DNA of 63,898 bases, filler included, from Octopus bimaculoides (GCF_001194135.2; 4 parts of 4 records of this genome joined end to end with filler, not necessarily neighbours in it); one strand, 5' to 3'; shown: positions 14,026 to 26,274, counted from the first letter of the whole stretch. A program made the numbers and translations. Notes: generated from the sequence alone by a model not told the origin.

Positions 14026-15427
14026 TAAAGGGTGGAGCAGAGAGGACGAACTGCTTTGAAAGGGCTATTACTCAGCCCCAGGGAAAGGGACATATGTCAG
14101 GCAGGTACCATTCGGTCCGTGGTGTCTTAGCATTTTTGTTTCTTTTCAGGTGAAGCCATGACGCTGTGGACGACAGACCATCGCGTGTTTACCTACGGCA
14201 GTCTGTCACAGCAGCTCATCGTGAGTTTCGGCGCCATGTCAACAGTCACCGAATCAGGCTGTTCCCACCCGTGACACAAACTTACGTTGGGTGAATGCAC
14301 TTCCTACACAAGGTATACTAAGGAATAGGAGACATGTGGGGGCACCACGAACGGTACAGATCCCGGAAAATGTGGAACGCGTCAGACAAGCTATGATGCA
14401 GAGTCTGAATCACTCTGCTCGGAGACATTCTACTGAACCTGGCATCGGTAATCGATCGGTGAGGCGTATTTTGCATGAAGACCTACGTTTCCACCCATAC
14501 AAATTGGTCATTAGGCAACAGTTGAAACCACAAGACTGTGCACAGCGACTTAACTTCATATGTCTGATCAAAGCAATTTTTGAGACAAATTACAAACCTA
14601 TTTTGTTAATGAGTGATGAGGCTCATTTTCATCTCAATGGCATGGTGAATCAACAGAACTGTCGATAGTGGGCTCTTGAAAATCCAACAGAACTGCACGA
14701 AAGACTACTGCACAGCCCAAAAGTGACGGTCTGATGTACTGTTGAGAAAGTTACCGTCATTCGACCTTACTATTTTAAAGACAATAATAGAAATGTTGTC
14801 ACTGTGAACTCCGAATGTTACATCGAGATGATAAACCGGAGTGGCTGTGGGGTAAGTAGCTTGTTTACGTACCACATGGTTCCGGGTTAAGTCCCACTGC
14901 GTGGCATCTTGGGCAAGTGTCTTCTACTATAGCCTCGGGCTGACCAACGCCTTGTGAGTGGATTTGGTAGACGGAAACTGAAAGAAGTCCGTCGTATATA
15001 TATGTATGTATGTGTGTTTGTGTGTCTGTGTTTGTCCCCCCACCATCACTTGACAACCGATGCTGGTGTGTTTAAGTCCCTGTAACTTGGCGGTTCGGCA
15101 AAAGAGATCGATAGAATAAGTACTAGACTTACAAAGAATACGTCCTGGTACTTATATACTTATAGTCGATATGCTCAACTAAAGGCGGTGCTCCAGCATG
15201 GCCACAGTCAAATGACTGAAACAAGTTAAAGAGTAAAGGAGTAAAAGAGTAACTTTTTGTGTCTGAATTACAACAAAATTATTTATGCCCATTCGATGTA
15301 TATTGTTTCAGCAGGATGGGGCGACGGCCCACACATCCAGAGCATCATGGACTTTCTTCGGGCTATCTTTTCTGCGGCCGCCTCATTTTCCAGGTTTGCT
15401 GACATTACTTGGCCTCCTCGGTCTCCT
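14026..15427 (+). mobile_element. rosa-type (DD41D) Tc1/mariner transposon, SINE-interrupted and 3'-truncated
   Basis: TA-aagggtg terminus; ATG 14158 MTLWTTDHRVF; PENVERVRQA, HEDLRFHPYK, MSDEAHFHLNGMVNQQN; after the SINE, FQQDGATAHTSRASMDFLR..ISRFADITWPPRSP; spacing from the second Asp projects 41 residues to the (lost) third Asp. Confidence 0.85.
14837..15250 (+). mobile_element. tRNA-derived SINE family A (bipartite, complete copy) inserted in the transposase
   Basis: head ggctgtggggtaagtagc..ggttaagtcccactgcgtggc, internal (TA)/(TG) tract, 3' module ending gactgaaacaagttaaagagtaaaggagtaaaagagt; transposase frame resumes on the far side. Confidence 0.85.
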
Positions 15428-15496
15428 ACATGCATACATACATAGACATAGATACATGGACATACATACAGGCATACATACACACCGACATATGTC

Positions 15497-15556
15497 ATAG
15501 TGGTTAAGAGCGCAGGCTACTAACCCCAAGATTCCGAGTTCTGTTACAGGCAGTAA

Positions 15557-15632
<76 letters not shown>
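15497..15632 (+). mobile_element. short tRNA-derived SINE with (TAA)n tail
   Basis: A-box-like tagtggttaagagc, B-box-like gagttctg, then (TAA)n at 15562-15632. Confidence 0.5.
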
Positions 15633-15633
<1 letters not shown>

Positions 15634-15801
15634 GAATATATTCACACACACGACAGAGCTGGGACCTATATACACTGGAGGCTATGCCATCACTATGGAA
15701 TNNNNNNNNNNNNNNNNNNNNNNNNNNNNNNNNNNNNNNNNNNNNTTAATTAATTAANNNNNNNNNNNNNNNNNNNNNNNNNNNNNNNNNNNNNNNNNNN
15801 N

Positions 15802-16081
15802 TGTAGTAACGCCTGCACATGCGTAGAATTAAACAAGCAAGCGTTTCCCGCTCAATTCATTCTCTTTCTCGCTGGCCAGCGATTGAGCATGGACGTGTGT
15901 TTAAAAGCTGTCCCTACATCTTTCGGTCTTATACTCGACAGCTCGTTATTCTCACCTCTAAAGATGTATAACTAAAGATATGTATGTTTTACCAAGTAAA
16001 TAAATGTTGTTTGAGTTGTTTAGTCTGGAGTTCAGCGTTCCGTCTATTTCTTTAATTTTATAGTAGAAAGTCAGGTATACA
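15802..16081 (+). mobile_element. possible solo LTR
   Basis: begins TGTAGTAAC and ends gtATACA with internal AATAAA; left flank is an N gap so the TSD cannot be checked. Confidence 0.3.
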
Positions 16082-16361
16082 ATCTAAAGATGTATAACCC
16101 ACTTTCTACTAAATATCTATTTACAAAGGTTATGACTATTTGACTGTCATTACATAAGTCATTATATAATTCAATTTATTTAAACGATATGACATCAGTT
16201 CTTTCTTCCATGTCTTCAAACATACTACATGATTTGTCTTGAGTATGACTTTAAACTGAAGTTGTAGTGACAGCCTTGTTCTGGAGTTTGCTGGTCTACC
16301 CTGGTCTTCTCTATAGGTCCCTGCTATGTGTTGAATAGCATATCAAGGCTTGTCATCCTAT

Positions 16362-17169
16362 TTATGTGAAGATTGGATCCGGTGGCCGCTGTGGAAGAAA
16401 CCTTCGTGGCCCAACAATGGGAAAGGCTACTGTAGCAGTGTCGAGAGCAAGATGGGGCAAGACATCTGGATCGTCCATTGTATCCATTTTCATTTCCAGT
16501 TGTCTTAACCTCATCTTGTCAGTGAATGGACACAAATGAGAGACTCAGGTTGATGGCACGCAACTCTTTAAACTTTAAACTCTTTCACTTTAAACAATTA
16601 TTGCACACAAATCATCAGTCATCCCTTAGGATGATTAGATGGTCCTCGTCACCTCAACGGACCGATGATTTATCACCTTTACGTTAATGAAACGATTGTA
16701 AACCTTGGACTGAATGTAATGTCAGCAACCCAGTTCTTCATTTGTTATAAACATGTCTATATATATATAAACAATATATCTTAACTTTTACAAAGAAAAG
16801 GTTAACAGTGACTTCGAAATTTCACCTTGCTCACTTTCATCAGACAGCGTTTTACTTGAACCCTCATTGCGTGGTACAGTCTTTAACAAGTTGGATTATT
16901 TTTGTAGGTGGGTAGGCAGGTGGAGGTATATGAAATGATAATTAGTGTTGTATGGCTGGGTCAGAATAGTAATCTTGCCCTCTAAAGAAAGATTACCTCA
17001 GAAGTAACATTATCTATTCCGCGACTGCAACCACAAATACTACAACGGCAGCCACTGTGGATTGATATTCGTTTCTTGATATCATTCGTGTTTTGTGTAT
17101 ATTCTACCTCATTTGCGTTTGTGTTATTGTTTTCGTTAGTCTGGAACTTGATTTTTCCTTTAACATACA
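16362..17169 (-). pseudogene. candidate decayed exon(s) of a single-pass membrane protein
   Basis: acceptor gttatttctattag|; N-rich stalk, then after one frameshift TVAAVVVFVVAVAE*IMLLLR*SFFRGQDYYSDP...IPPPAYPP; separate 50-aa ORF 16514-16362 (MRLRQLEMK...PPDPIFT); no family recognised. Confidence 0.3.
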
Positions 17170-17371
17170 CTAATAGAAATAACACACAGCCTCTTATAAA
17201 ATAATGTCAACAACAAGCCAGCTCGAAACGCAATACGACCAATTTACGCATATAATTCGTAACCAAAAAAGAAAACATAATTGTTTAGTCGACCATGTTG
17301 TTGTATAGAAATTTAGTGCTAGTGAACGCAGATGGCATAATAACCTAGCATTCACCACTGTAACCTGACAG

Positions 17372-18132
17372 ATGGAAGCCGTAATTTTTTTAATAAGATT
17401 TAGAGGAAACGTGTTTCAACGACATTTAGATCAACTTCTGAAGTTTTCGATTCGTCACTTGAAGAATTGGTACTTCCAACTCTTATTGTTGCAACAGTTG
17501 AGCTTTCTGTTATTCCTGGAATATCTTTTACTCGTTTCAGTCAGTAGACTGCGGCCATGCTGAGGCATCGCCTTTAATAGTTTTTTGTCAAATGTATTGG
17601 ACCCGGGACTAAGCCTGGTACTTATTCTATCGGTTTCTTTTTTTTTTTTTTTTGCCGAACCGCTAAATTACGGGGATGCAAACACACCAGCACCGGTTGT
17701 CAAGCGGTGGTTGGGGGACAAACACAGACACAAAGACACACGCACACACACACACACACACACNNNNNNNNNNNNNNNNNNNNNNNNNNNNNNATATATA
17801 TATATATATATATATATACAAGGGGCTTCTTTAAGTTTCCGTCTACCAAATCCACTCACAAGGCCTGAGGCTAAAGTAGAACACTCTTGCCCAAGGTGCC
17901 ATGCAATTGGACTGAGCCCAGAACCATATGGTTCTGAAGCAAGCTTCTTATCACAGAATATTCTGAGTTACTTGAAATATCAGGTAAGATTCCTGAATTG
18001 CCTGAGGTATCAATTACTGCCGATTCTCCGTTGTTTGACGTTGCTGACTCTCAGTTCAATCTGAAGTACGTGCAGGTCCTTAGTTCGTAGGTTAATTAGG
18101 AGGCGTCAACCGTCCTCGAGGTTTAACGATTA
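17372..18132 (+). mobile_element. Ty3/Gypsy pol C-terminal remnant, interrupted by a SINE
   Basis: FLIRFRGNVFQRHLDQL (post-integrase 'RHxDQL' motif) and terminal RRQPSSRFNDYV*. Confidence 0.55.
17520..17950 (-). mobile_element. SINE family A copy
   Basis: reverse complement of the 14837-15250 modules, with an internal N gap. Confidence 0.75.
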
Positions 18133-18862
18133 CGTGTAATGAAAATACAACTTAATGGTTTGAAGTGTTCCGCTGGCGAAACTTTTTTTCCTCACGAGAG
18201 TTCTGGACCCTAGTAATGAACTCATTTGCATCCAACCAATCAGAGCTCACCTTGAACTTGTTGTCAAGGTAACAAACACTCTACCAAGTAAACTCATGAC
18301 GAAGAACGGTTTTGTAAGTCGACCGAGGACCAAGTTAAGCCTGATTTTAGAAGGAGATAAGTAATTGAATAGATTTGCATCTATACGTATTATCGGATGT
18401 TGTTAGGGCCCCATATGTTAAAGATGTGGGTAGAAGGTGAGGTGCTAGCAGCCCCCTCCTCTTACTGTTTTACAAAGTAAACAACAACACAAATTACTAT
18501 GCCGAGGCAGCCATGGTTGAAACAAGAACAAGAAGCATTATTAAAAGAGAAAAGAATCATGGTCATTCCTTAACCACTGAATCCTAGAAAATTCTCTTTT
18601 TTAAGAACCAAAGTTGAACAGTATCCTTGGGTTTTTCCCTGTTAAACCGCAAGTCTTCAAAACTTCAAAACATTTCAAACATATAAATTTCCCCAAAGGT
18701 AAAACATGGCAATTTTCGCACCTTTCTCCTGACGTTACTATTATTATCTATCTGTTATTATCTATCTATTTATGAATATGTGCGTGTATGTATGTATGTA
18801 TGTATGTATGCATGTATGCATGCATGTATGCATGCATGTATGTATGCATGTGCGTATGTATG

Positions 18863-20409
18863 TTATTATTCAGTTTATTTCAAGAATTCTTGCCAATAGA
18901 GAAAGAGTCAGTTTCTAACCTAGATCCAAGGCGCCTTCATTGGAATTTCAACATCAACAACAGGATATTTTTGTTTGCATGTATGTATGTATGTATGTAT
19001 GTATGATTTAAGGACTGTGTCAAGTCCTCATTAAAGGCCTGTGATATGCAGGACACTGACCGGGAGAACAATGCCTGTCATCGCCACGGATGGAGGAAGC
19101 AGGTTAAGGAGGGGATCAACACTTTTGAGAGAGCATGTATTCTGCATGAAGGACTTAAGCGAGCTGCGCGAAAGCGCACGGCTCGTATAGTGAATGAGGA
19201 AAGCTTAATCTGCAATGTTTGCGGTCGTGTATGCTTGTCAAGAGCAGGGCTTATTAGCCACCAACGGAGCTGCAAATGCAAAATATAAGTTAGTCCTAGA
19301 GTGCACAATGTTCCTGAAGATTAGCAATGGTTTTCCTTGGTCACGAGTGGATGGCCATCATGAATGTATGTATGTATGCATGTATGCATGTATGCATGCA
19401 TGTGCAGATTTCTATGTTTTATGTATGTATTCTCATGCATATAGTTACATATCCAGACATGCTCATATATACTTAAATGATAAACTTCTGGAAAGTTTTA
19501 TAGATTTTTACAGTTCCAGTGATGGATTGGATCTGTAGTCTTCGAATCAGCTTTCTCCTTTCTGGTTTTGAGAAACCTAATTTCTCAAGATTGGTATTTA
19601 GACAGTGCGTTACATATCCCAGGGCCCCAATAATTACAGGTATAAACCTGAACTTGTAACCTGGATAGAGTAATTGTAGATTTCTCAATAGTTCTGCATA
19701 AGTGTTCTCTTTATGTATGTATGTATGTATGTATCTATCTATATGTGTGTTTGTGTGTATGTATATATGTATGTGTGTATGTATATCATTCAATTTATTT
19801 CAAGATTTCTTGCCAATAGAGAAAGAGCCGGTTTCTAACCTAGATCCAAGGTTCCTTCATTGGAATTTCAACATCAACAACAGGGTATTTTTGTATGTAT
19901 GTATGTATGTCATTATTCAGTTTGACATCCGCTGGGCAGCTAATTTCCTCAACTTTGCACAATCAGGTGTGTTGTGCTTACATTTTATTGAGGTCTTCAC
20001 TGGGACATTCCATCAGTACTCCTTTTTATTATGAGTGGCTATGGCTTCTACCATATTGAGGGTTCTTATTTCTTTGTCCTCGGGATTATCCTTCCGACGG
20101 ATTTCCTTATATAGAGTCCTAGCTACAACATCATGTCTCATCGGTAGATAATACCGTGATGACATTTCCGGACAACTGCTTATGATGTGGGTGATATCTT
20201 TGGTGTTAACTCCACAAAGTCTACATCGGTTGTCACACTTTACGGTTTTACCTGCATCTCTATCCCTTTTGTGCATCAGGTACTTGGTTGATATTTCCTG
20301 TTCCTGGATTGCAAACGTATACCCTTCAAAGTGGGAGGTAGTAATTCGGCCATTGGTCCATGATAAACTGCTTTGATGATCGATGTTACTATCATCACAG
20401 AGCTTTCCG
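18863..20409 (-). mobile_element. R4/Dong-type RLE non-LTR retrotransposon, 3' part, nested with insertions
   Basis: CRLCGVNTKDITHIISSC zinc knuckle; HNTPD..EISCPADV endonuclease motif; IPVIIGALGYV..GTVKIYKTF C-terminus; 3' UTR ending ...aaatcttgaaataaactgaataa followed by (CATA)n. Confidence 0.85.
19007..19361 (+). mobile_element. RTE-clade LINE 3' fragment
   Basis: FKDCVKSSLKAC...WRKQV..KRAARK..ICNVCGRVCLSRAGLISHQRSC C-terminal zinc finger, short 3' UTR, (TATG)n tail. Confidence 0.8.
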
Positions 20410-20461
20410 TGTATGCATGCATGCATGTATGTATGTATGTATGTATGTATGTATTCATTTA

Positions 20462-20690
20462 TCTATCAATATAGTCATGCGACATACCTGGGCCAATGCA
20501 ACTCTTCTGCGCCAGATGTACCAATCTTCCAAAGCAGTCTTTATGTCCTCAACTTGATGTCCGGTGTCTGCTACAAGTTGATCGAAATATGTTCTTTTTG
20601 GTCTACCAATGCCTGTATGTCTATACATGGGTTTCCAAAGAAGGAGATGGCTGGATATTTCATCTTTGCTTCTCCAGCAGTATCTTTCTA
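20462..20690 (-). mobile_element. RTE/RTE-X LINE 3' fragment
   Basis: LLLWKPMYRHTGIGRPKRTYFDQLVADTG..TALEDWYIWR; ends in (CATA)n. Confidence 0.7.
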
Positions 20691-20854
20691 CAAACAACAA
20701 ACACTGAAGCTTTCACTCAAACTTAACTGCAATTGCCTCAGAGATCTATAAGTATTACTATATAAGAATCTAGAAAAAATTCTACCCCTAAGAATCCATT
20801 TTTAGAACACCCACAAGCAGGAATTTGGTTTTTTAAATCTTTTGTCTTTTACTT

Positions 20855-21040
20855 ATTTTAATCATTGCATTTCGGCCATGCTGGGGCACCACTTTGAAGG
20901 GTTTAGCTGAACAGATCAACCTCAGTACTTATTCTGTCATCACTTTTATCGAATCACTAAGTCATGAGAATACAAACACGCTTGCACCTATTGTCAAGTG
21001 GTGGCAGAGATATAAAACGAACAAACATACGCATGCACGC
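20855..21040 (-). mobile_element. SINE family A 3' module (degenerate)
   Basis: reverse-complement homology to ...gtggtgccccagcatggccg..aatgattaaaataagtaaaag. Confidence 0.6.
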
Positions 21041-21761
21041 ACATACACACACACATGCACGCACATACAGCTGTGCAAATCATGCATCGCATAGACATTT
21101 ATATTTTTATATAAATCAAAAATAAATTTAATAACGTAATTTATTTATAACTACGTCAAAACGTCTTCAAAATCATTGGAAACGAAACTATATAATTTGA
21201 TTTGAAGAAGGCGGGTCAGATACAATATAAACGTAGTATGTATTACTTGGATTATTGGAAGACAGCTCTATTCTGACCTCATTTTCCAACCCGTTAAAAT
21301 AGCTTCGAAGTCATGCAATGCTAAATAAATATGCACGAAGGTTCTTGTCTTTGGTCTCCTCTCTCTACCTGTCGATACCCTCTCTCTACCTGTCAATATC
21401 TCTTTCACCTCTTTCTGTTAGTTCTTTGTAATTGATGTCGCTAAAGACTGACCTCATGGCTGAATGGATTTGACCTCAGTCTAAAAATAAAAGCCCTTTC
21501 AAAATTCTTTGTCAGTCAAGGTTACTAAGGGCCATAGTTTTGCCTTCGGAACAAAGTTTATTTTATTTTTGATATTTAATGTTCATTGTTACGTTGCTGG
21601 ACTCTTTTGGATTATTTGTCCCATGTAATTTGAAATTTTGCCCTTTTGACCAGAATCTTTCGTTGCTTCGTTGATTTATTAAGATTATATTCCGTTTTAT
21701 TCAAATTGACTTTCAATTCACACATACACATACACACACACACCCACAAGAAACAGAAAAT

Positions 21762-24132
21762 GAACTGAAGCAGGCAAAATTTGTAGCTATTCTTGTAGAT
21801 GAAACATCCGATGTATCGAACTATTCACAACTGTGAACTGTTTTACATTGTATTACGAAAGATTGTGCTATTAAAGAACGTTTTATCAGTTTCAATCATG
21901 TTAATGCAGATCGTTCTACAAATTGTTTATCTGAACATGTTTTAAATGCATTGAAACAAGGAAGTGTAATAACAAATTAATTGCCCAAACCAATGATGGT
22001 GCCGTTACAATGGCAGGACAATTAAATGGGTTACAGTCAAAGGTATGAATGTGCCATCTTTGTTCAATGTTGTGCTCATCTCCTAAATTTAGTTCTTTCG
22101 CAAGAATGCTCTTGCTATAAAAGAATGCAAGATCATCTTGTACCTGCTGTAAGGACGACTGTGCGAACTCAAAAAGGAGCAATGGTGACGAATGGAAAAA
22201 CAGAGGACTCCTTTTATTTAAACGTGTCACACGGTCGAACACAAAATAATATATATCAAAGATGATATACATGATATGTTATGCGAAGATAACATATGTG
22301 ACCAGTAATGAAAGACCACAACCGTATTAAATGAATAACAGAGATATTTATTATGGCGTTAAAGATGTATGTCTGTGTGTGAGTGTGAATGCGACATATA
22401 AGAACATAATCAAAGACAGGCCGTCATACAAAGAAAAGTGTGTATGTGAGTGATACATGTGTGTATGAGTGTTTACAGCAGATAGAAAGAGAGTCAATAA
22501 CACGTGGACAATTATACCAGTTCTTTAGTACACTATAGGAAAAGTTCTGTATGTGAAAGTGAGGAGAGGCTGAGTGTGGCAGAGCTGATCACTAGTTGTG
22601 ATGTCGTGGCATCGATGCCGGGCCGTGATTCTTGTTATACAGATGTTCGTCNNNNNNNNNNNNNNNNNNNNNNNNNNNNNNNNNNNNNNNNNNNNNNNNN
22701 NNNNNNNNNNNNNNNNNNNNNNNNNNNNNNNNNNNNNNNNNNNNNNNNNNNNNNNNNNNNNNNNNNNNNNNNNNNNNNNNNNNNNNNNNNNNNNNNNNNN
22801 NNNNNNNNNNNNNNNNNNNNNNNNNNNNNNNNNNNNNNNNNNNNNNNNNNNNNGGCGACGGCGGTGGTCATCGTTGGCTGGACGAAGCTGTTGAAGTGGT
22901 CGCTGGCTGATTGTTGCTGCTGCTGTCGTGTGGTACACGGAACAGTATCTAAGAGAAACTGGACCGAGACAAATTTGGTGGGTATGAGTTGATCTATTTA
23001 TAGCGAATTATCGGCTCACCAGATATCAGAAATATACTCTATCACGTGACCTTATTAAGGGCTGTTTGCGTTCTGGCGGGAAAGGTTCGAAGAATTTGCC
23101 GCTTCAAATAATAATCAGTCACGTGATGACAAGGCTGGTGTTTTCCACTACGCTCGCGTTTATTTATATTTAAATGAGAAGAATGGCGATAGCAGTTTTG
23201 TATCTAGTGACGATAGGTAGTTTCACTACACTGCCATAGATGGACTGGATCATTTTATACGAAATCACCTGCGTTCAATAGCATACTTTAAAAAAATTTC
23301 CAAAGCTACAGGAACTAGATGGAACTACTCCTCACGTCTTGTTCTTACTATAAAAGAAAATCGTAATTTCATAATCAGTCTTTTTGAAGACATATTCTCT
23401 TTCATTGATAAAAGTCATAACATAGTGTATTGTAAAGAGTAAATAGATAAAACTAGAACTGTGCTTGAAAATAAACTCAAAGATTTTTCAATATTTTATG
23501 ATATGTTAGAGGAAAAATATGGAATCGAAATTAAGAGATTCAAAAATAAATCTACTGATTCCCAACAACATTATAGAATGTTCTATAACAAAATAATTGA
23601 TACAATAGCTCACCGATTAAAAACGCAATACTCAATACTCGTCCTTAGAAGAGCTTAAATTCAGAGAACTTTTCAATATCAGCAAAAGTGAGGAATCTCG
23701 CAAAGAATTTTCAGTGGATACTTCAGATTCTTTAAAAATTACTTATGGTAATTTTTTAGCCTAATGTGATTACAGAGTGAACTAAATGTTTTGTATTCTA
23801 TGCAAAATTTTATAAAGCAAATTGTGAATAATTTAATGCATTACGTTTATATCAATGATCTGCTTGAAGCTATGCCAGAACTCTTCAATGTTTGCAATCT
23901 TATTTTGACAATTCCATCTACAACTGTCTCTGTAGAGCAGTTGTTTTCTGCATTGAAAAGAATTAAAACTTACCAAAGAAATACAACAGGAGAGAGAAGA
24001 CTTTCAGAGTTGGCTCTTATATCAATTTAAAAAGATTTAATTCAACAACTGATTAAAACAGAAGATTTCTATGACAATGTAATAAATATATTCGTCCTGA
24101 AAGATCGAAGAATTGAATTAATTTATAAATGA
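21762..24132 (+). mobile_element. hAT transposase (ZMYM1-like) pseudogene, interrupted by a solo LTR
   Basis: FVAILVDETSDVSN..KERF; DGAVTMAGQLNGLQ; IFVQCCAHLLNLVL; TRWNYSSRLV; hATC dimerisation TIPSTTVSVEQLFSALKRIKTYQRNTTGERRLSELALISI; stop 24130-24132. Confidence 0.9.
22148..23230 (-). mobile_element. solo LTR (~1.08 kb including an N gap) with 4-bp TSD
   Basis: TGTAAGGA...TCACTACA termini flanked by CTGC on both sides (22144-22147, 23231-23234); on the minus strand two CACGTG boxes (23120, 23043), TATAAAT (23002-22996) and AATAAA (22218-22213); hAT sequence rejoins across it. Confidence 0.85.
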
Positions 24133-24273
24133 GGTTTGTAAATAATAATTTTTTGTACATCTTCAAAAAACATTTTTAACACATTAAAACAGCGACCATC
24201 ACGGTCATGTTACGAAACTAATTTGGTTCTCTTAATTAGACAATTTCAAAAACGAATCAGGTCAACCAATAAG

Positions 24274-24672
24274 TACGAGGGTAGGTTGAAAATTTCATTG
24301 GCTGACTTTGAAGGAGTTATGCTTGAAATGTTGCATGTATTCATATTAATAACTGCATTGTCTCCTTTCGGGTAAACTGACATCTGACTGTTCAAAGACT
24401 TCAAACGTAACTAGTAGCAACTTCTCTCGAAAATAAATAAAATCTGGCATCGTGTTGTTATCTCGTGTCTTCAGAAAAAGGCTTTTAGTCCCCGAAGACG
24501 TTCATACTGGACATGGTTTCTACATTACAGAATGACGTTCCAGCTTTATCAACAGTGTAAAAGTGGGAAGCTGAATTTATGAGGAGAAGGGAGAGCTTTG
24601 AAGATGACCCAATGTCAGGACACCCCACAACTGCCACCACCGAGGAAATCATTAATCGTGTTCACCACATGG
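24274..24672 (+). mobile_element. mariner 5' fragment, same family as 5013-6208
   Basis: TAcgagggtaggttgaaaatttc TIR; ggtaaactgacatctgac..taactagtag..cttctctcgaaaat shared with 5108-5160; EDDPMSGHPTTAT HTH region. Confidence 0.85.
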
Positions 24673-24801
24673 CTGTTCATGGCTAAGAGTTGTTTTAACT
24701 CTTATTTCTAGCAAAGCTGGTGCTTACTTGCATCCTTAGTCACTTTTAGTGACGTTTGTACTTGTGCCTTTTGCTTCTAAATCGTGACTATCTACTTTAA
24801 T

Positions 24802-24845
<44 letters not shown>

Positions 24846-24849
24846 TATG

Positions 24850-26170
24850 TAATCATCATCATTCAACGTTCGTTGTCCATGGTGGCATGGGTTGGACGGT
24901 TTGACCAGGCTGGTATGCTGGAAGACTGCACCAGTCTGATTTGGCATGGTTTTCTATGGCTGGATGTCCTTCCTAATGCCAACTACTCCAAGAGTGTAAT
25001 GGGTGCTGTTTGCGTGACACTGGGGCGCTTTTACATGCCACCAGCATGGGTGCCATTTGTGTGACACCAGTATCTGCCATGACTGTGATTTTGCTCGATT
25101 TCATGGGTCTTCTTTTCAAGCATGACATAATGTCAAAGGCCTCTGTCATTGCCTCCGTGAGGCCCAGCACTTGAAAGGAACCCAGCCACTTTGCATTCGT
25201 AAGGCCCAACCCTCGAAAAGAAGTCAGCCACTTTGCCTCCATTGAGGCCCAACACTCAAAAAGTGATCTTTACGTGCCACCAGCATGGGTGTCAGTTACT
25301 ACAACTATGATTTCACTCAGCTTGATGGGTCTTCTCAAGCACTGCATATTGTCAAAGGTCTCGATCACTAACCATTGCTTCTGTGAGGCTCAAAGTTCAA
25401 AGATCATGCCTTCCTCGTTCTACCCCTACCACAGGTTCCATCTACAGTTAGAGATCAGCACTTCTTTACACAGCTGTCCTCATCCATCTGCATCACATGA
25501 CCATACCAGCGCAGTCGTTTCTCTTGCACACCACATCTGATGCTTCTTAAATCCAACTTTTCTCTCAAGGTACTTACACTCTGTCTAGTATGCACACTGA
25601 AATTACTCATCCATCAGATCATACTGGCTTCATTTATTGCGAGCTTACGCATGTCCTCAGCAGTCACGGCCCATGTTTCACTGCCATGTAGCATGGCTGT
25701 TCGTACACATGCGTCATACAGTCTACCTTTTGCTCTGAGCGAGAGGCCCTTTGTCACCAGCAGAGGTAAGACCACTCTGAACATTGCCAAGGTTATTCTT
25801 ATTCTAGCAGCTACACTCTCAGAGCATCTACTCCCACTACTGACTTAGTCACCTAGGTAACAGAAGCTATCAACTACTTCTATTTTTTTTCCCTGGCATC
25901 TGATGGAATCTGTTTTCTGTTCAGCTTTGGTGTTTATTGCCCCTGAACATCTGCCACATACAAAAACTATCTTCCCGGTTGACCTTCCTTTAATATTGCT
26001 GCACATTTTATGTGTCCAAAGCTTACACTGGGTGCAACTTATGGAGTTTCTACCTACACCTTTTCTACAGATTGAGCAGGGCCATCTACCTGAAGTGAAT
26101 TGTCTGCCTTCCTACTTATTAGGACTTTGGTTTTTGCTAGGTTGACTCTAAGGACCTTTGATTCTAGACC
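24850..26170 (-). mobile_element. RTE-clade LINE: RT C-terminal region plus 3' UTR
   Basis: EVVDSFCYLGD..SESVAARIRI..LPLLVTKGLSLRAKGRLYDACVRTAMLHGSETWAVTAEDMRKL..VQE.RLRWYGH; 3' end ...aacgttgaatgatgat. Confidence 0.85.
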
Positions 26171-26274
26171 TTGCTTCCATACCTGAAACTTCTTCTTTAT
26201 GTATATATATATGTATGTAAATGTATGTATGTATATACAAACATATATTGATAAATAGATAAAAGGAGAAAGAG

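Noticed and set aside
15746-15757. TTAATTAATTAA island inside an N gap (also 41390-41401 and 62609-62620)
   Set aside because: The same 12-mer sits centred in similar-sized N runs three times: a scaffolding/linker marker, not biology
16982-17185. IHSGCRCSIC read as a cystine-knot C-terminus (IL-17/glycoprotein-hormone-like)
   Set aside because: No upstream cysteines in the expected pattern; the overlapping frame gives a more coherent transmembrane reading
22504-22992. GC-richer ORF-like segment suggesting a captured gene
   Set aside because: Lies wholly inside the solo LTR defined by TG..CA ends and the CTGC TSD, and spans an N gap
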